Shown: positions 59,736 through 64,000 of the stretch, piece after piece
Layout: the number at the start of each line of letters is the position of its first letter
Position numbering within the stretch: position 1 is the first letter of the stretch
NCBI GenBank assembly: GCA_965277285.1
Contig: OZ255721.1
Span: 2,528,001 to 2,592,000, forward strand
DNA length: 64,000 bases
From: Abditibacteriaceae bacterium
GTDB lineage: Bacteria; Armatimonadota; Abditibacteriia; Abditibacteriales; Abditibacteriaceae
Reading direction: 5' to 3'
Notes under the pieces: generated by a model
Database searches by the model: none
The model's input: the letters and a program-made list of their open reading frames with translations, nothing else
Told to the model about the DNA's origin: nothing
Translations under genes and position numbers: made by a program

Positions 59736-60194
59736 ATGAACCAAGTCCTCATCCGCGCCGCCGAATCGAAAGACATTCCCGCTTTAATCGAGTTGTTGCG
59801 CGTTTTGTTTTCGATTGAAGCTGATTTTAGTTTCGATGAAGAAAAGCAACGGCGCGGCTTGGAACTAATGCTCGAAGATGTGCGAGAACGTTGCGTTTTC
59901 GTGGCGCAGATCGACCATCAAGTCGTTGGAATGTGCAGTGTTCAAACCTTGATTTCCACCGCGCAAGGCGCGCCTAAAGGCTGGATCGAAGATGTCTGTG
60001 TGAACGAAAAATCTCGCGGCTGTGGCATCGGAAAAATGCTGCTAAAAGCGGTTGACAATTGGTGTCTGGAGCGCGGCATGCGGCGCTTGCAGATTTTGTG
60101 CGACACGCAAAACGAACCTGCAATGAAATTCTACCAACACCTTGGCTGGCAAGCGACGCAATTGCAATGTCTGGTTCGCTTTGCCGATGAGTAA
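59736..60194 (+). CDS. GNAT acetyltransferase
   Basis: IEDVCV..KSRGCGIGK.LL, N.PAMKFY. Confidence 0.85.
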   Translation: MNQVLIRAAESKDIPALIELLRVLFSIEADFSFDEEKQRRGLELMLEDVRERCVFVAQIDHQVVGMCSVQTLISTAQGAPKGWIEDVCVNEKSRGCGIGKMLLKAVDNWCLERGMRRLQILCDTQNEPAMKFYQHLGWQATQLQCLVRFADE

Positions 60195-60292
60195 TCTCTT
60201 CGTAGTGACAATGTAAGGGCGCAGCATGCTGCGCCCTTACGGAAAACAAAAATTTAATACATCGAGTACTCGATTGTCAGAAAAGGATTTTT

Positions 60293-61642
60293 ATGTTGAA
60301 CGTTGAAGAAACTCAAAAGTTATTCGAGGAAAAAGGCATCAAGTTTTTCCTGATGTCCTTTGTCGATTTGAACGGCGTGCCACGCGCCAAACTGGTTCCC
60401 GCGCAATGCTTGGCCGATGTCGCGGAAGGCGCCGCGGGGTTTGCCGGTTTCGCGGTCGATGGTTTGGGGCAAGGGCCGCACGATCCCGATTTGTCGTGCG
60501 TGCCGCGCGCCGATTCCAGCGTTTTCCCGCTTCCCTGGAAGCCAGGCTTGGCGTGGATCGCGGGCAATTTGCAAATGGATGGCGACAACTGGGAATATTG
60601 TGCGCGCAGCATTTTGTCGAAAAACCTGGACGTCGCCAAGGCGCAAGGCTTTACTTTTATGCTGGGCATTGAACCGGAGTTTTTCCTGCTCGACAAGAAA
60701 GCGGACGGCACACCATGTATCGCCGACCCGCAAGATACTTTGGCCAAGCCGTGTTACGGGCAATTATCGCTGTTGCGCAACGCCGATTTTTTGATGAAGT
60801 TGATGACGTATTGCAACGAATTGGGTTATGGCGTTTATCAAAACGATCACGAAGATGCCAACGGGCAGTTTGAAGTGAACTGGCGTTTTTCGGACGCGCT
60901 AACGACGTGCGATCAGGTCTCGTTTTTCAAGTTTATGACCAAGGCTTTGGCCGAAGAACGCGGCTTGCACGCGACGTTTATGCCCAAGCCGTTCGCCGAT
61001 CTGACAGGCAACGGCGCGCATATGCACACGTCGCTGTGGGACGCTGAAGGCCGCGACAACTTGTTCCTGGACAAGAACGATGCACGCGGTTTGTCGGGTC
61101 TGGCGTATGCCTTTATCGGCGGCGTGCTGCATCATGCCAAAGCGTTGTGCGCGCTGACGGCTCCCAGTGTCAATTCTTATAAACGATTGGGCGCGCGCAG
61201 TCCGCGTTCAGGCGCGACGTGGGCGCCGGTTTACATCGCGCACGGCGGCAACAATCGCACCCTGATGGTTCGCATTCCCGCGCCCGGTCGCATCGAATAC
61301 CGTACGGCGGATGGTTCGTCGAACCCTTATCTGGCGTCCGCTGCGCTTTTGGCGGCAGGCTTGGATGGTATCGCGCGCGGCCTCAAAGTGGGCGAAGGTT
61401 ACGACGAAAACTTATTTCTGCTGTCAACTGGTGAAGCCCAATCGCGCGGCATCGAACTGGTGCCAGCAAATTTGGGCGAAGCGTTGGATGAACTGGAGCG
61501 CGACGAAGTTTTGTGCAACGCGTTGGGAATCGAGTACTCGAAGATGTATCTGGAAACCAAGCGCGCGGAATGGGACGAATATTCCACCATGACGGCGAAA
61601 AACGTCACGCCATGGGAATTGCAAAAATATCTGATGCTGTAA
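60293..61642 (+). CDS. gmaS: Gamma-glutamylmethylamide synthetase (GlnT-type glutamine synthetase homolog)
   Basis: AKLVP...GAAGFAGFA, KPCY, QNDHEDANGQFE, SGATWAP; clustered with glxBCD. Confidence 0.85.
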   Translation: MLNVEETQKLFEEKGIKFFLMSFVDLNGVPRAKLVPAQCLADVAEGAAGFAGFAVDGLGQGPHDPDLSCVPRADSSVFPLPWKPGLAWIAGNLQMDGDNWEYCARSILSKNLDVAKAQGFTFMLGIEPEFFLLDKKADGTPCIADPQDTLAKPCYGQLSLLRNADFLMKLMTYCNELGYGVYQNDHEDANGQFEVNWRFSDALTTCDQVSFFKFMTKALAEERGLHATFMPKPFADLTGNGAHMHTSLWDAEGRDNLFLDKNDARGLSGLAYAFIGGVLHHAKALCALTAPSVNSYKRLGARSPRSGATWAPVYIAHGGNNRTLMVRIPAPGRIEYRTADGSSNPYLASAALLAAGLDGIARGLKVGEGYDENLFLLSTGEAQSRGIELVPANLGEALDELERDEVLCNALGIEYSKMYLETKRAEWDEYSTMTAKNVTPWELQKYLML

Positions 61643-61836
61643 AGCCCCGCTTCGCTTCTTTTATTATTGTTGAGCAAACCGATCTATGTTTCTTAAAATC
61701 AGTCTGCCAAACGCCACAAAATTGAGAGTTTGTCATTCTGAGCAAGACAAACTCTCAGTTTTATGGCGTTTCGTCCAAGTTCTCTCTGTCTTCTCTGAAC
61801 GACAAACTCTCAATTTTCGGATTCTTGAAATAGCTT

Positions 61837-62892
61837 CTACACCACTTCGCGTCCTGGAATCAGTTCGACGACATCGGGATGACTGTAGTTGACGATGACA
61901 ACCGAATACGGATAAGGTTCGCCTTGCCGTTTTTCGATGCGAATCGCACCAGCGCGCGATAATCCATCGAGTACGCGACGACGCTCGAAGTCGGCCAGCG
62001 AAGGCATTTCGTCCGCCAGCTGGCGCAAAAACGGGCCGAGCCACAATTCGTTGGTGTAGCGCGTGATTTGCAAACGCTGCAATTTTTCCAAAACCAAAGT
62101 CAAACATTGGCGCTCGTCTTCTTCCAGCACGCGGCGAACCGGCGCGAACTCGACTGGCTCGATGAAAACGGCGGGCGCGTTTTCCAGGTCATTGGAGGGC
62201 GCACTGGGAAGCGTCAAACCGTTTGCCAGAGGCGTGGAATAAACGGTGCGCGCGCGCTGCTCCAATTGCTGCGATTGCGCTTGGAAACGCTGATTGCGTT
62301 CATCGGCCAGTTTTTGTTGCTCGGTGCGACGCGTTTCCAAGGTTTCCAAAGTCGCCGCGTCCAGCAACGTGCGCGCGTCAATGAACTGCGATTCGCCCAG
62401 GTTCAGCAACAAATCGCCGGATACAGTTTCACGGAAACCAACGCCTAAAACGTTTCTCGCCTGACGACGCAAATGCTGAATCACGGGAATGTAATCGCGG
62501 TCACCCGCCACCAGAATAAAGGTTCCGATTTCGCCACGCGTATAAAGCACTTCCAAAACATCGATGCACAAACGCATATCCGCGGCGTTTTTGTGGTCGG
62601 TTCCCATCACGTTTTTGGTATCGACACCCAATAAATAAAGCGCGCCCTGCGGCGTCGTTTCCAAGCGTTCAAAATCGGCATAAGCATTCAAAACAATGCA
62701 ATCCATGCTGAACTCATCGGTCAGTTTTTGGCGCAAGTTGCGCAACAATTCGAGAATGTGATCGTTGAGGCCAGGCGGATCGAAAAAAGTGTTTTTGAAG
62801 AAGTAGTAAACGTTTTCAAAATCGAGAAAAACCGCCGCAAAACGCGATGGTTCAACGCGCGTCGAAGCCAGTTGAGTAGAAAAATTATTCAT
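61837..62892 (-). CDS. NYN domain (LabA/DUF88, PIN-like) protein
   Basis: AVFLDFEN, KNAADMRLCID, VAGDRDY. Confidence 0.88.
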   Translation of the reverse strand: MNNFSTQLASTRVEPSRFAAVFLDFENVYYFFKNTFFDPPGLNDHILELLRNLRQKLTDEFSMDCIVLNAYADFERLETTPQGALYLLGVDTKNVMGTDHKNAADMRLCIDVLEVLYTRGEIGTFILVAGDRDYIPVIQHLRRQARNVLGVGFRETVSGDLLLNLGESQFIDARTLLDAATLETLETRRTEQQKLADERNQRFQAQSQQLEQRARTVYSTPLANGLTLPSAPSNDLENAPAVFIEPVEFAPVRRVLEEDERQCLTLVLEKLQRLQITRYTNELWLGPFLRQLADEMPSLADFERRRVLDGLSRAGAIRIEKRQGEPYPYSVVIVNYSHPDVVELIPGREVV

Positions 62893-62972
62893 GCCTTCAT
62901 TTTAGCGCGAAACCACCAATCGAGTACTCGATATTCGCTCCTTTTTGCTGGAAAGCGGGCGTTTTGTAAACT

Positions 62973-63015
62973 GTTACAAGTCCTTAACTCCCCTGAAACA
63001 TGGCGCGTTTAGAAT
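62973..63015 (+). promoter_or_regulatory. GlnR/OmpR-type direct repeats plus -10
   Basis: GTTAC (62973), TTAAC (62984), GAAAC (62995) at 11-bp period; TAGAAT at 63010. Confidence 0.55.
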
Positions 63016-63074
63016 TACTGGAAATCTTCCGTTCCATTTCGCTGTTTATCGAACGTCTATCCAAAGTCGCAATT

Positions 63075-64000
63075 ATGCAATCGCAAAGTCAATCTCAAGG
63101 TCAGCAAAACCAGTTTCAGGGCAACGGCTCGCCGTCTCAAAGTCAGGGGCAAAGCCAATCTCAAAGCCAGCGTTTGTTCGCCGAACCGATCAAGCACGGC
63201 TTGTTCGCGGGCTACGACGAAGGCGGATTTTACGACGAGATGTTTGACGAAAAAGGCTTGCCGCGCGAACACTACCGCGGCGTTTTCGATCAACTCTGCG
63301 CCATGACGCCGCGCGATTTCGATGCGCGACGCCGCCGCGCCGACCTCACATTTCTGCAACAAGGCATCACCTTCACGGTTTATGGCGGCGACAACGGCGG
63401 CAACACCGAGCGCATTTTCCCCTTCGATCTGGTGCCGCGCATCATCACGGCGCGCAAGTGGAAACGCATCGAAGCCGGTTTGATGCAACGCATTCGCGCC
63501 TTGAACTTGTTTCTGCACGACGTTTATCACGACCAGAAAATTCTCAAAGACGGCGTTGTGCCCCTCGATTTAGTACTCGGTTGTCCCGATTACAGGCGCG
63601 AGATTTTCGGCGTCGATGTCGTGAAAGACGTTTACATCAACATTACGGGAACCGACCTGGTGCGCGACGGCAAGGGCGAATATTTCGTGCTCGAAGACAA
63701 TCTGCGCAGTCCATCTGGCGCTTGCTACGTGCTGGAAAATCGCCAGGTGATGAAGCACACTTTTCCTAACACTTTTGAAAATTATGGTGTGCGTTCGGTC
63801 GATACGTATGCGCTCGATTTGCGCGACTCTTTGCGCGCTGTCGCACCGGCGGGCATTGAAAACCCGACGATGGTTTTGCTGACGCCGGGCATTTACAATT
63901 CGGCCTATTACGACCACGCGTTTTTGGCAAAGCAAATGGGCATCGAACTGTGCGAAGGCAGCGACCTCATTGTGGACGACGCCAAAGTGTATATGCGCAC
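63075..64000 (+). CDS. Circularly permuted type 2 ATP-grasp protein, runs off the window edge
   Basis: Manual translation: Gln/Ser-rich N-terminus, YDEM, QGITFTVY, ERIFPFDLVPR, VLEDNLRSPSG, LTPGIYNSAY. Confidence 0.9.
   Translation, partial: MQSQSQSQGQQNQFQGNGSPSQSQGQSQSQSQRLFAEPIKHGLFAGYDEGGFYDEMFDEKGLPREHYRGVFDQLCAMTPRDFDARRRRADLTFLQQGITFTVYGGDNGGNTERIFPFDLVPRIITARKWKRIEAGLMQRIRALNLFLHDVYHDQKILKDGVVPLDLVLGCPDYRREIFGVDVVKDVYINITGTDLVRDGKGEYFVLEDNLRSPSGACYVLENRQVMKHTFPNTFENYGVRSVDTYALDLRDSLRAVAPAGIENPTMVLLTPGIYNSAYYDHAFLAKQMGIELCEGSDLIVDDAKVYMR

Larger units (their letters stand above)
375..62931. repeat. Dispersed, highly iterated 12-bp palindrome TCGAGTACTCGA (consensus W-TCGAGTACTCGA-W)
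   Basis: About 54 perfect copies by hand count, first at 375 and last at 62920; coordinates are listed in the findings. Confidence 0.97.

Noticed and set aside
60293..61642. Annotation as housekeeping glnA
   Set aside because: GFAGFA and SGATWAP signatures plus the glxBCD context point to GmaS/GlnT
375..62931. Palindrome copies as a CRISPR array or IS ends
   Set aside because: Only 12-14 bp, separated by hundreds of bases of ordinary genes; no constant spacers, cas genes, shared flanks or target duplications

Overview
Bacterial chromosomal window, moderately GC-rich and probably from a diderm rod-shaped lineage (Armatimonadota/Abditibacteriota-like is only an inference). It carries housekeeping genes (aroC, efp, rqcH, hisD, maf, mreBCD, recJ, rimO), a phosphate regulon (phoR-like kinase, OprO/P-type porin, pstS x2, pstCAB, phoU) with 11-bp-periodic Pho-box-like repeats, three secreted glycoside hydrolases, a putative type II R-M pair, a methylamine N-methylglutamate pathway cluster, two tRNAs and many REP/MITE-like hairpins. 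Two signals stand out. (1) A 12-bp palindrome TCGAGTACTCGA occurs about 54 times perfectly (hand count) plus about 15 near-copies, inside genes in all three frames and between genes, quasi-evenly spaced: a HIP1-like system with an unrelated sequence. (2) A Hen1-X-RlaP-Pnkp RNA-repair operon sits behind a consensus sigma70 promoter, an Asn-rich leader ORF, mutually exclusive antiterminator/terminator helices and a tRNA-Asn(GTT) gene: an apparent attenuator that senses loss of tRNA-Asn. All counts and coordinates were read by eye and no database searches were run.
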